A DNA stretch of 64,000 nucleotides from Fidelibacterota bacterium (GTDB lineage Bacteria; Fidelibacterota; Marinisomatia; Marinisomatales; TCS56): NCBI GenBank assembly GCA_043822705.1, contig JBDRBK010000060.1, positions 1 through 64,000 of the forward strand. The letters run 5' to 3'. This document shows, in pieces, positions 40,925 to 50,172 of this stretch (positions are counted from its first letter, which is position 1; each line of letters begins with the position of its first letter). A model generated the notes under the pieces. It made no database searches and had not been told where the DNA came from. It was given only the letters and a program-made list of their open reading frames with translations. Made by a program: the position numbers and the translations under genes.

Positions 40925-41911
40925 ATGAAAAAACTATTGATTCCGGTAGTGGCCATATTCATGCTGCTTCTGGTCGGCTGCGAGGATAGTGATACTAATA
41001 CTGCCACTACCGAACAGCAGTTGTTGGCTTTACTCGACGGCGATGATATTTTCGGTTTGGATGGCCTGGACGATGGGGAGGCTATCGAAGGCGATTACGA
41101 GAGCGGACTGGAATTACCCGGCACCTACAAGACTCTGGGCGATACGATCGACCCGGACAGCGGCCTGCGGATTCGCTTCGGCCGCCGGATAACCAGTGTC
41201 GCGCGGGAGGTCGAGTTCCGCGACACCGACGCCGACACCGCCTATGCCACGATCACCCGTGTCGTCAACGGTAATTTTGTTATCTTCACCCGCGACACGG
41301 CCAGCGGCGATACCAGTCGCTGGATCAAGCCGTTCACCACAGATTTTATCCGCCAGGTGCGCTTTGTCCGGGTGGCTGATTCCGATACTCTGGACTGGAA
41401 AATCGATGCCCTGACCGTTGGTGTCGGAATTACCGGCACGAAAGTCAATATTGCGCGGGTTGACTGGTTCACCGCCGATGGTACGACTGTGCTGTTTTCC
41501 TATGGCGGCGATGTAATCAATCAATTCTTTTCCCGGGACGAAATTGCTGCTTTCACGGCTTGGGAAACACTGCGGGTCGAAGTTACCGTAACCAACCAGG
41601 GACCGGAATTTCCTTTCAACAGCGGCGAAGGCGTGCTGCTGCATTATGGCAGCGGCCCGGGTGTGAAGGGCCGCAAGGCAATTAATGACAGTGGGCGTAG
41701 CGGCGATGCGGTCGCCAGTGATAATATTTTTACCGGTTACTGGCGTGTCCATGGACCCGGTTGGGATAACCGGCAGGGGCGGTGGTACCAGCACCGGGCC
41801 TTTCGCAGTTTCGTGGATGTGATTGATTTTGGATCACTATATGCGGAGGACGAAGCAATTCATTCAGTTTTTTGGGCTTTACCCTACCGCAGTATGCGTC
41901 CTGATGCTTAA
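40925..41911 (+). CDS. Hypothetical lipoprotein
   Basis: Lipobox LVGC; DSG..GD.VA.D.IFTG motif. Confidence 0.7.
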   Translation: MKKLLIPVVAIFMLLLVGCEDSDTNTATTEQQLLALLDGDDIFGLDGLDDGEAIEGDYESGLELPGTYKTLGDTIDPDSGLRIRFGRRITSVAREVEFRDTDADTAYATITRVVNGNFVIFTRDTASGDTSRWIKPFTTDFIRQVRFVRVADSDTLDWKIDALTVGVGITGTKVNIARVDWFTADGTTVLFSYGGDVINQFFSRDEIAAFTAWETLRVEVTVTNQGPEFPFNSGEGVLLHYGSGPGVKGRKAINDSGRSGDAVASDNIFTGYWRVHGPGWDNRQGRWYQHRAFRSFVDVIDFGSLYAEDEAIHSVFWALPYRSMRPDA

Positions 41912-41954
41912 ATTGCGGCCACACTGATTTGTAAATCTGGCTGTGGAATATATT

Positions 41955-41990
41955 AAGGCGCCGCTTCATGCAAGCGGCGCCTTTCATTTT
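41955..41990 (+). terminator. Rho-independent terminator
   Basis: aaggcgccgctt-catgc-aagcggcgcctt-tcatttt. Confidence 0.75.
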
Positions 41991-42150
41991 TGGCCGGTCC
42001 GGCCCGTATCGACCATACACCTGCGGCAAAAATCCTTTCCCTGTAATAAGCGGATACGCCTAACTTCTTATCTTGTTTTGATTGCATTAATTAGTAATGT
42101 AAAAATCGTTAGTCGATAGATAACAGTTCCTGACAACCAAGAGGTTCACG

Positions 42151-43020
42151 ATGTACGAAATTATTGAGGCGCGATTCCTGGCCCGGGACATTAAATTATT
42201 TAAAATATATTCTCCCCCGGTCGCGAAAAAACGGAAGGCTGGCCAGTTTGTAATTATCCGCGTGTCCGAAACCGGTGAACGGATTCCGCTGACCATTGCC
42301 GATTCCGATGCCGAGCGGGGGACAGTTACCATCATCGTCCAGGGCATCGGCAAAACCACCCGTGAGTTAAACCGCAAGCAGGCCGGCGACTTCATCGCCG
42401 ACGTGGTTGGTCCGCTGGGCAGACCGTCGGAGATCGAGAATTTCGGCACGGCCGTCAGTATCGGCGGCGGCGTCGGGACGGCGATTGCCTACCCCACTGC
42501 CGTGGCCCTGAAACAGGCCGGCAACCACGTGATTACCATTAACGGCGCCCGTTCCAAAGATATGGTCATCCTGGAAGAGGAAATGAAGGCCGTCAGCGAT
42601 GAAGCCTACATTACCACCGACGATGGCAGTTACGGTTTGCATGGCTTTGTCACCACCCAGTTGCAGCAGCTGATCGATTCCGGTAAAAAAATTGATTTTG
42701 TGCTGGCGATCGGCCCGATCCCGATGATGCGGGCGGTGGCCGATGTGACCCGGCCCCACGGTATCCACACCGTCGTCAGTCTGAATCCGATCATGGTGGA
42801 TGGCACCGGCATGTGCGGCGGCTGCCGGGTGACCGTCAACAATAAGGTCAAATTTGCTTGTGTCGACGGACCCGAATTCGATGCCCACCAGGTCGATTTC
42901 ACCAATCTGGTGAATCGCAACCGCGTCTACGCCGACAAGGAAAAACAATCGCTGGAAAGCTTCGAGCACCGCTGCAACCTGGATCGACAGGCGGCCGCGC
43001 TGGCAACCGAAACCGTTTAA
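42151..43020 (+). CDS. nfnA: NfnA/SudB: FAD/NAD-binding [2Fe-2S] subunit of electron-bifurcating transhydrogenase
   Basis: GQFVI, ERIPLT, GPLG, DGTGMCGGCRV, CVDGPEF. Confidence 0.88.
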   Translation: MYEIIEARFLARDIKLFKIYSPPVAKKRKAGQFVIIRVSETGERIPLTIADSDAERGTVTIIVQGIGKTTRELNRKQAGDFIADVVGPLGRPSEIENFGTAVSIGGGVGTAIAYPTAVALKQAGNHVITINGARSKDMVILEEEMKAVSDEAYITTDDGSYGLHGFVTTQLQQLIDSGKKIDFVLAIGPIPMMRAVADVTRPHGIHTVVSLNPIMVDGTGMCGGCRVTVNNKVKFACVDGPEFDAHQVDFTNLVNRNRVYADKEKQSLESFEHRCNLDRQAAALATETV

Positions 43021-43042
43021 TTATTGACAATACGAGATTATA

Positions 43043-44473
43043 ATGGCTGAATTTCTCCCTGTAAAAGAACGGACTAAAATTCCGCGTCAGAATATGCCCG
43101 AACAGGATGCGCTGGCACGTAGTCAAAATTTTGAAGAAGTAAACCTGGGCCTGACCCGCGAACAGGCGATCCTGGATGCCCAGCGCTGCCTGCAGTGCAA
43201 AAAGCCGACCTGCATGGAAGGCTGCCCGGTGGAAGTGGACATTTTCGAGTTTCTGCAACTGGTGGTTCAGGAGGACTTTCTGGGCGCCGCGAAGAAGATC
43301 AAGGAAGACAATGTTTTGCCGGCGATCTGTGGTCGGGTCTGTCCCCAGGAAACCCAGTGCGAAGCCCAGTGCAAGATAGCCAAGAATTTCGGCGCCGTTT
43401 CCATCGGCCGGCTGGAACGCTTCGTGGCCGATTATGAAATGGCCCAGGGTGTTTTCCCCGAGCCGCCCAAAGTCGCCAAAACCGGCAAGAAAGTGGCCAT
43501 TGTCGGCAGCGGTCCCGCGGGGCTGAGCTGCGCCGGCGACCTGGTGAACATGGGTTACGACGTTACCGTTTTCGAGGCGCTGCACGAGCTGGGCGGGGTG
43601 CTGGTCTACGGCATCCCCGAATTCCGGCTGCCGAAAGAGATCGTCCGCAAGGAAGTGGACAACATGCGCAAAATGGGCGTCAAATTCGAGACCAATGTGG
43701 TCATCGGCGCCACCTATACCATCGATGAATTAATGCAGGAAGAAGGCTTCAGCGCCGTTTTTGTCGGCGTAGGCGCGGGGCTGCCATGGTTCATGAATAT
43801 TCCCGGCGAAAACCTGGCGGGGGTCTATTCCGCTAATGAATTTTTGACCCGCGTCAATCTGATGAAAGCCTATAAATTCCCGGATTACGATTCGCCGATC
43901 CTGGATTGCGCCGGCCGTAATGTGGCCGTATTCGGTGGCGGTAACGTGGCCATGGATGCGGTCCGCACCGCCAAACGGCTGGGCGCCAAATCGGCCTCGA
44001 TCTATTATCGCCGCTCGGAAGCGGAAATGCCGGCCCGCACCGAAGAAATTCACCACGCCAAGGATGAGGGCGTCATATTCGAAATTTTGACCACACCGAT
44101 CGAACTGATCGGTGATGACCAGCAGCGCCTGCATTCGATGAAATGCCTGCGGATGGAATTGGGCGAGCCCGATGCTTCCGGCCGCCGCCGCCCGGTACCA
44201 ATCGAAGGTTCGGAATACGCCGTGCCGGTGGATATTGCCATCGTTTCGATCGGCAACGGCTCCAATCCGCTGATCAGTCAGACCACCCCGGATATCAAGA
44301 CCAACAAATGGGGCGACATCATCGCTGATGAAGATTCCATGAAGACCACCAAAACAGGCGTATTCGCCGGCGGCGATATCGTCACCGGTGGCGCCACGGT
44401 GATCCTGGCCATGGGCGCCGGCCGCAAAGCCGCCCGCGGGATTCATGAATACCTGACCAGCGAGAACTGGTGA
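43043..44473 (+). CDS. nfnB: NfnB/SudA (GltD-like) NADPH-dependent flavoprotein subunit
   Basis: RCLQCKKPTCMEGCP, CGRVCPQETQCE, GSGPAG, GGGNVAMD, GGDIVTG; paired with nfnA, no gltB nearby. Confidence 0.88.
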   Translation: MAEFLPVKERTKIPRQNMPEQDALARSQNFEEVNLGLTREQAILDAQRCLQCKKPTCMEGCPVEVDIFEFLQLVVQEDFLGAAKKIKEDNVLPAICGRVCPQETQCEAQCKIAKNFGAVSIGRLERFVADYEMAQGVFPEPPKVAKTGKKVAIVGSGPAGLSCAGDLVNMGYDVTVFEALHELGGVLVYGIPEFRLPKEIVRKEVDNMRKMGVKFETNVVIGATYTIDELMQEEGFSAVFVGVGAGLPWFMNIPGENLAGVYSANEFLTRVNLMKAYKFPDYDSPILDCAGRNVAVFGGGNVAMDAVRTAKRLGAKSASIYYRRSEAEMPARTEEIHHAKDEGVIFEILTTPIELIGDDQQRLHSMKCLRMELGEPDASGRRRPVPIEGSEYAVPVDIAIVSIGNGSNPLISQTTPDIKTNKWGDIIADEDSMKTTKTGVFAGGDIVTGGATVILAMGAGRKAARGIHEYLTSENW

Positions 44474-44507
44474 TCAGAAGTCATTAGTAGTCATTGATTG
44501 TTATTTG

Positions 44508-44536
44508 AAAAAGTCCGTTGGTTGGCGGACTTTTTT
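44508..44536. terminator. Bidirectional rho-independent terminator
   Basis: aaaaagtccg...cggactttttt. Confidence 0.8.
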
Positions 44537-44573
44537 GTTTATATAAGTAACCTGGAAGGTTACAGTACTAATT

Positions 44574-44678
44574 ATTCCCCTCTGAAGAGGGGGACCTCAC
44601 ACAGTGAGCAGGGGTGTGTGAAAATACTACAAAACCCACCCCGTCCCTGCGGGACACCCCTCCTGTGAAGGGGGATTA
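44574..44678. repeat. REP/MITE-like multi-hairpin element (CCCCTC...GAGGGG type)
   Basis: cccctc-tgaa-gagggg, ctcac-aca-gtgag, ggggtg...cacccc, gtccc-tgc-gggac, cccctc-ctgt-gaagggg. Confidence 0.7.
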
Positions 44679-44814
44679 TCGGGCTTGCGTTTCGAATTAG
44701 AATGTTTTTCATCAGTTTTTGTCATTTGTATAATCTAAACAGTAACACCACAAGCTGGCCTGGGCCTTGTTGCCTTGGTGGAGACGAGGGCGGAAACCTA
44801 TCCCGGTCACTCGT

Positions 44815-45666
44815 TCATTTAACTAACGCTTTCCTCTTTCGCAATTGGCGCAAACCAATCCCGGTCGCTAAGAAGAGTAGGATACTGATGAGTCCGTTAA
44901 CCGGTGAAATCAGCCAGTCCGTACCCGGTATGATCTGAATATGACGTTCCGTAAAAAGCTGGTTGAGAAAGGCATCCTCCACCGTATGCATCAAAACTGC
45001 CGGCCAGATTGAATTAGTTAACAGGCGGATCTCTCCATATACAATTCCCCATACAATCATTACTACGATTGATAGGGGAATAAAGATTGCCAGTTTCAAT
45101 ACGGTAAAGTTTTGGAGAATGGCTGGATCCAAATAAAACAAATAGTATGGAATATGCCAGGCTCCCCAAACGAATCCAACGATCAAATGGCCGATATAAT
45201 CATTCATGCGCAGGGAGTAGACCTTGGGGGCGAGGTATCCACGCCAAGCAGCCTCTTCAAAAATATTCTTAATGAATTGCGAGAGCATGCCCAAAGCGAA
45301 AGTCTGCAGGATCAGCCAAAGTGTGTTCTGGGAGAAATTGGGAAATGAAATCAGGCCTGAACCTCGACCGATTATCAGGACAATTATTGTTAGCAGGGGA
45401 TACACAAGCAGGGCGATGATGTACCACGGCAGATTCCCCTTAAAATTTGGTTTGATTCCAAAGTCTTTCCAGCCATCACCGGCAAACGACCTTAGTAATA
45501 CTGAGACCAGAAGTGGCGTGATTAGCCACAGGAGCATTCCCAGACTTTCCGAAGAAGGATTACCCATCAGTATATCCAATCCTCGCCCAATCCAGCCAAT
45601 CGCCAGCACGGCGATAATGAAAATCGCCAGGTTGCGAATCGTAGTCTTATTATTGGGGAAACTCAT
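44815..45666 (-). CDS. CPBP (CAAX/Abi) intramembrane glutamic protease
   Basis: FEEAAWRG, WGAWH, H motif (AVLMH); multi-TM; AT-richer than neighbours. Confidence 0.9.
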   Translation of the reverse strand: MSFPNNKTTIRNLAIFIIAVLAIGWIGRGLDILMGNPSSESLGMLLWLITPLLVSVLLRSFAGDGWKDFGIKPNFKGNLPWYIIALLVYPLLTIIVLIIGRGSGLISFPNFSQNTLWLILQTFALGMLSQFIKNIFEEAAWRGYLAPKVYSLRMNDYIGHLIVGFVWGAWHIPYYLFYLDPAILQNFTVLKLAIFIPLSIVVMIVWGIVYGEIRLLTNSIWPAVLMHTVEDAFLNQLFTERHIQIIPGTDWLISPVNGLISILLFLATGIGLRQLRKRKALVK

Positions 45667-46068
45667 TATTTATGACTCCTTTAAGATTGAATAATAATTA
45701 TCTGAGGTAAATTATCTGACCTGGATAGGGTTTTTGTACAAGGAATTAAGGTGATAACATTTGGCATATTAAAATATCGTATCACCCTGGACAGGGAAAA
45801 TTAAACAGCTGATTTCAGCAATTCAAATGGAATGTTAGCTATGATTGATAATGGTCTACTCTTTGATATTATTTCCGTTAATAATTTTCCACCCAAATAT
45901 TAAAGCGCCAAATCATCTGGTAACCATCATCGATGGCCGAAAGGATACCTTCCCGGTCACACAATTTCGTTTTCTGATATCAAACCGGGTTTGGTAAGCT
46001 ACTGCGCTCCTTTTTGCATTTCCCCATTCAATAGTATATATTAACCCCACTGCACGGGGGACGGTAAA

Positions 46069-46083
46069 TGAGAATTATTCGCA
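46069..46083. promoter_or_regulatory. Possible Fur-family 7-1-7 operator upstream of pnt
   Basis: TGAGAAT-T-ATTCGCA (one mismatch from a perfect 7-1-7 palindrome). Confidence 0.35.
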
Positions 46084-46161
46084 AATAGTTTGGAACCGTT
46101 GTAACCATGTCCGGTATAAGCCATCAAACAAACAGCAGCTTAAACCAAGGAGCATAAATTT

Positions 46162-47328
46162 ATGTTAACTATCGCAGTCCTGAAGGATACGGCTCCCGGG
46201 GAACGTCGTATCGCCCTGGTACCCGAAAGTGTCAAGCGGCTGACCAAACTGGGTGCTCGCATCCTGATCCAGGCTGGCGCCGGGGCCGAAGCCGGCTTCA
46301 CAAGGGAAGAATTTGAGTCCTCCGGCGCCACCTTTGTCACTGATTACGACCAGTTGTTGAAGGAAGGGAAGGTTTTCCTGAAAGCCCAACTGGTCTGCCT
46401 CACCAGCGCCGAAACGCTGAAAATGATCGATCCCCTCCCCAAAGATTCGGTAATTATCGGGTTCATGAATCCCTTTAAATACATCCACAATGTGGAAAAG
46501 CTGGCGAACAAGGGAGTCACCAGTTTTGCTATGGAACTGGTACCGCGAATCAGCCGGGCCCAGCGCATGGACGCTCTCAGCGCCATGAGTTCCGCCGCCG
46601 GCTACAAGGCCGTGGTCATGGCCGCCGCCTCGCTGAACAAATTTTTCCCCTTGATGATGACCGCCGCCGGAACGATTTCGCCCGCCAAGGTGCTGGTGAT
46701 CGGCGCCGGGGTGGCTGGTTTGCAGGCCATCGCCACCGCCAAACGCCTGGGCGCCAAGGTCTTCGCCTTCGATACCCGCCCGGTGGTAAAGGAACAGGTC
46801 GAAAGCCTGGGTGCCAGCTTCGTATCGCTGGAAACCACCGCCGAAGCGGAAACCGCCGGCGGTTACGCCGCCGAACTGTCCGAGGATTTTTATCGCCACG
46901 AGCAGGCGATCATTGCCGCCCATCTGAAAGATAGCGATGTAGTGATCTCCACGGCCCAGATTTTTGGTAAGCGGGCGCCGCTGCTGATTACCGAGGAGAT
47001 GGTCAAATCGATGCGCTCCGGCACGGTGATCGTTGATCTGGCGGCCGAAGCCGGCGGTAACTGTGAACTGACCGTGGCCGGTAAAACGGTGCAGCGTTAT
47101 GGTGTCAGCATCCACGGCGAAACCGACCTGCCGGGATCGCTGTCCTACCACGCCAGCGAAATGTACAGCCGCAACGTCACCGCCCTGCTACAGGAAATGA
47201 TCAAGGACGGCGAGCTGGTGATCGATCCGGAAGACGATGTCATCGGCGGAACGCTGCTGACGCATGCCGGCAAAATTATGAACAAGCACGTCCAGGACCT
47301 GCTGGACCGGGAAAAGGAGGAGAAATGA
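46162..47328 (+). CDS. pntAA: NAD(P) transhydrogenase subunit alpha part 1 (domain I)
   Basis: ERRIALVP, PRISRAQRMDALS, GAGVAGLQA, DLAAEAGGNC. Confidence 0.95.
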   Translation: MLTIAVLKDTAPGERRIALVPESVKRLTKLGARILIQAGAGAEAGFTREEFESSGATFVTDYDQLLKEGKVFLKAQLVCLTSAETLKMIDPLPKDSVIIGFMNPFKYIHNVEKLANKGVTSFAMELVPRISRAQRMDALSAMSSAAGYKAVVMAAASLNKFFPLMMTAAGTISPAKVLVIGAGVAGLQAIATAKRLGAKVFAFDTRPVVKEQVESLGASFVSLETTAEAETAGGYAAELSEDFYRHEQAIIAAHLKDSDVVISTAQIFGKRAPLLITEEMVKSMRSGTVIVDLAAEAGGNCELTVAGKTVQRYGVSIHGETDLPGSLSYHASEMYSRNVTALLQEMIKDGELVIDPEDDVIGGTLLTHAGKIMNKHVQDLLDREKEEK

Positions 47329-47633
47329 GCTCGGACCTGTTAATCCAGATTTATGTTTTCGTGCTGGCGGTGTTCGTCGGTTTTGAAGTCATCACCAAGG
47401 TGCCGCCGACGCTGCACACGCCGCTGATGTCCGGTTCCAATGCCATTTCCGGGATAACGATCGTGGGCGCTTTAATCGCCGCCGGCTTCACCGACCTGCA
47501 CGTGCAGACGTTTATGGGCGACCTGAATATCAGCGCCGTCCTGGGTTTCATTGCGATCGTGTTCGCCACGATCAACGTGGTGGGCGGTTTCTTGGTGACC
47601 AACCGCATGCTGAAGATGTTCAAGGGTAAGTGA
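47325..47633 (+). CDS. pntAB: NAD(P) transhydrogenase subunit alpha part 2
   Basis: LHTPLMSGSNAISG, NVVGGFLVT.RML.MF. Confidence 0.95.
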   Translation: MSSDLLIQIYVFVLAVFVGFEVITKVPPTLHTPLMSGSNAISGITIVGALIAAGFTDLHVQTFMGDLNISAVLGFIAIVFATINVVGGFLVTNRMLKMFKGK

Positions 47634-47640
47634 GGCCGCC

Positions 47641-49038
47641 ATGAATATGTTACAAGACGTCCTGATCCCCATCGCTTACCTGCTGTCGGCGGTCCTGTTT
47701 ATCATGGGACTCAAGCAGCTTTCCCATCCCAAGACCGCGCCCGCCGGTAATCGCACCGCCGCCATAGGCATGCTGATCGCGATCGTGGCAACGCTGGTTT
47801 ACCGCGACGTGATCGATTACACCCTGATCATCGCCGGTATCGTGCTTGGCTCAGCTACTGGCGCTTATGCCGCCAAGAAAGTCGAAATGACCGCGATGCC
47901 CCAGATGGTGGCGATTTTCAACGGCTTCGGTGGCGGCGCATCGGTGCTGGTGGCCGCGGCGGAATTTTACCGTCAGGTTTCCGGTGCCGGCGATTTATCC
48001 GGATTTACAATGACTACCATCGGGTTGAGTATTATCATCGGTGGGATCACCTTTACCGGCAGCATCGTGGCCTTTGCCAAACTCCAGGGCATCATGCGCG
48101 GGGCGCCGATCCTGTTCAAAGGCCAGCAGGTGGTCAATAGTCTGCTGCTGCTGGCGACCCTGGTGCTGGCCGTGCTGGCGGTCCTGGCTGCCGCCACCGC
48201 CGGGAATTACATTCTTGGAATCATTGTGGTAGCGCTGATTCTCGGTTACATGTTCGTGATTCCCATCGGCGGGGCCGACATGCCGGTGGTGATTTCGCTG
48301 CTGAATTCTTTCTCCGGTATCGCCGCTGCCGCCACCGGATTTGTCCTCTCCAACAACGCCCTGATCATCAGTGGTTCGCTGGTGGGCGCCAGCGGGATCA
48401 TCCTAACCAATATCATGTGCAAGGGAATGAACCGCACGATCTGGAACGTTTTGTTCGCCGGTTTCGGCGGCGAGGATTTCGCCCCCGGCGCCGGTGCCGT
48501 GGTCACGACCAAGCCGGTGAAATCCTATGAACCGGAAGACACGGTAGTTATCTTCGAGAACGCCCGCCAGGTGATCATCGTCCCGGGGTACGGCATGGCC
48601 GTAGCCCAGGCTCAGCATGCGGTCCACGAACTGGAAAAAGTGCTCGAAAAGAAGGGCGTCAAGGTCAAGTATGCGATTCACCCGGTGGCCGGGCGCATGC
48701 CGGGCCACATGAACGTGCTGCTGGCCGAGGCCAACGTATCGTACGACAACCTGTACGATCTGGACCAGATCAATCCCGAATTCGAACAGACCGAGGTAGC
48801 GCTGGTGATCGGTGCCAACGACGTAGTTAATCCTGCCGCCCGTCACGATAAATCCAGTCCGATCTACGGCATGCCGATCCTGGATGTGGACCGGGCCCAG
48901 ACGGTGTTTGTGCTCAAGCGCAGCATGAATCCGGGCTTCGCCGGTATCGAAAACGAATTGTTCTACAACGATAACACGATCATGCTGTTCGGCGACGCCA
49001 AGGATACGGTATCCAAGCTGGTGGCCGAATTAAAATAG
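47641..49038 (+). CDS. pntB: NAD(P) transhydrogenase subunit beta
   Basis: MTAMPQMVA, GGADMPVVIS, PGYGMAVAQAQH, HPVAGRMPGHMNV, GANDVVNPA. Confidence 0.96.
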   Translation: MNMLQDVLIPIAYLLSAVLFIMGLKQLSHPKTAPAGNRTAAIGMLIAIVATLVYRDVIDYTLIIAGIVLGSATGAYAAKKVEMTAMPQMVAIFNGFGGGASVLVAAAEFYRQVSGAGDLSGFTMTTIGLSIIIGGITFTGSIVAFAKLQGIMRGAPILFKGQQVVNSLLLLATLVLAVLAVLAAATAGNYILGIIVVALILGYMFVIPIGGADMPVVISLLNSFSGIAAAATGFVLSNNALIISGSLVGASGIILTNIMCKGMNRTIWNVLFAGFGGEDFAPGAGAVVTTKPVKSYEPEDTVVIFENARQVIIVPGYGMAVAQAQHAVHELEKVLEKKGVKVKYAIHPVAGRMPGHMNVLLAEANVSYDNLYDLDQINPEFEQTEVALVIGANDVVNPAARHDKSSPIYGMPILDVDRAQTVFVLKRSMNPGFAGIENELFYNDNTIMLFGDAKDTVSKLVAELK

Positions 49039-49062
49039 GAAAATCAATCAATATCTGGCGGA

Positions 49063-49094
49063 AAATAAGGGGGTTGGATTCAATCCCCTTATTT
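49063..49094. terminator. Rho-independent terminator
   Basis: aaataagggg...ccccttattt. Confidence 0.7.
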
Positions 49095-49168
49095 AGTTTC
49101 TTGCCTTGGGTAGGATATTTATTGTAGTATTCCCAGGGAAATAACCAGCCAGTAAATAAAGTAAGGTA

Positions 49169-50116
49169 ATGAACGAATTATACCCGCCGATCGAACCGTA
49201 TAACGAATTTTTCCTGGAAGTATCCGATCTTCACACTATCCGGGTGGAACAGGCCGGCAATCCCGCCGGCAAAACGGTGGTTTTCATCCATGGTGGACCG
49301 GGCGGCGGCATCGAACCGGTCTATCGTCAGTTCTTCAATCCCGAGAAGTGGCGGATCATTCTGTTCGATCAGCGCGGCTGCGGTAAAAGCACACCGTTTG
49401 CCGAGCTGCGGGAAAACACCACCTGGGATTTGGTGGAGGATATGGAGAAAATCCGGCGCCACCTGAAAATCAACCGTTGGGCGGTTTTCGGCGGTAGTTG
49501 GGGCAGCACCCTGGCCCTGGCCTACAGCCAGACCCATCCGGACCGCACGGTGGCTTTGATCCTGCGTGGTATCTTCCTGCTGCGCCGGCAGGAACTGGAC
49601 TGGTTCTACCAGGATGGCGCCAGTCACGTTTACGCCGATGCCTGGGAACAGTACCTGAAGCCGATCCCGGTGGAAGAGCGCGGCGATCTGCTGGCGGCCT
49701 ATTACCGGCGCCTGACCAGTTCCGACCATGAAACCCGCCTGGAAGCCGCCCGCGCCTGGAGCGTCTGGGAAGGCAGCACCAGCAAGCTGTATCCCAACCC
49801 GGAGGCGATCCAACGTTTCGGCGCCAACCAGTTCGCCGAGGCGTTCGCACGGATCGAATGCCATTATTTCACCAACGGCGGATTCCTGCGCAGTGAGGAC
49901 CAGTTACTGGAGGATATCGGTCTGATCCGGCATATTCCGGCGGTGATTGTCCAGGGGCGCTACGATGTGGTTTGTCCGATGACGACCGCCTGGGATCTGC
50001 ACAAAGTCTGGCCGGAGGCCGATTTCCACATCATTCCCGATGCCGGGCACTCGATGACCGAGCCGGGCATCCGGTCGAAATTGATCGAGTATACCGACAA
50101 GTTTGCCGATTTATAA
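49169..50116 (+). CDS. pip: Proline iminopeptidase
   Basis: HGGPG, DQRGCG.S.P, GGSWGS, QGRYD, AGHS. Confidence 0.95.
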   Translation: MNELYPPIEPYNEFFLEVSDLHTIRVEQAGNPAGKTVVFIHGGPGGGIEPVYRQFFNPEKWRIILFDQRGCGKSTPFAELRENTTWDLVEDMEKIRRHLKINRWAVFGGSWGSTLALAYSQTHPDRTVALILRGIFLLRRQELDWFYQDGASHVYADAWEQYLKPIPVEERGDLLAAYYRRLTSSDHETRLEAARAWSVWEGSTSKLYPNPEAIQRFGANQFAEAFARIECHYFTNGGFLRSEDQLLEDIGLIRHIPAVIVQGRYDVVCPMTTAWDLHKVWPEADFHIIPDAGHSMTEPGIRSKLIEYTDKFADL

Positions 50117-50172
50117 TTGAATTGTCGTTGTCAGCCCGTCCGGGATCGACAACGACACGGATTCAGGGCTGG

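Noticed and set aside
43043..44473. Glutamate synthase small subunit
   Set aside because: No gltB is adjacent, and pairing with the NfnA-like gene indicates NfnAB/Sud.
44815..45666. Abortive-infection defence gene
   Set aside because: The Abi label of CPBP proteases is a historical misnomer; nothing here supports a defence role.
46147..46172. dif-like site (gcataa..ttatgttaa)
   Set aside because: The spacer is 2 nt rather than 6, and the sequence is the RBS and start of pntAA.
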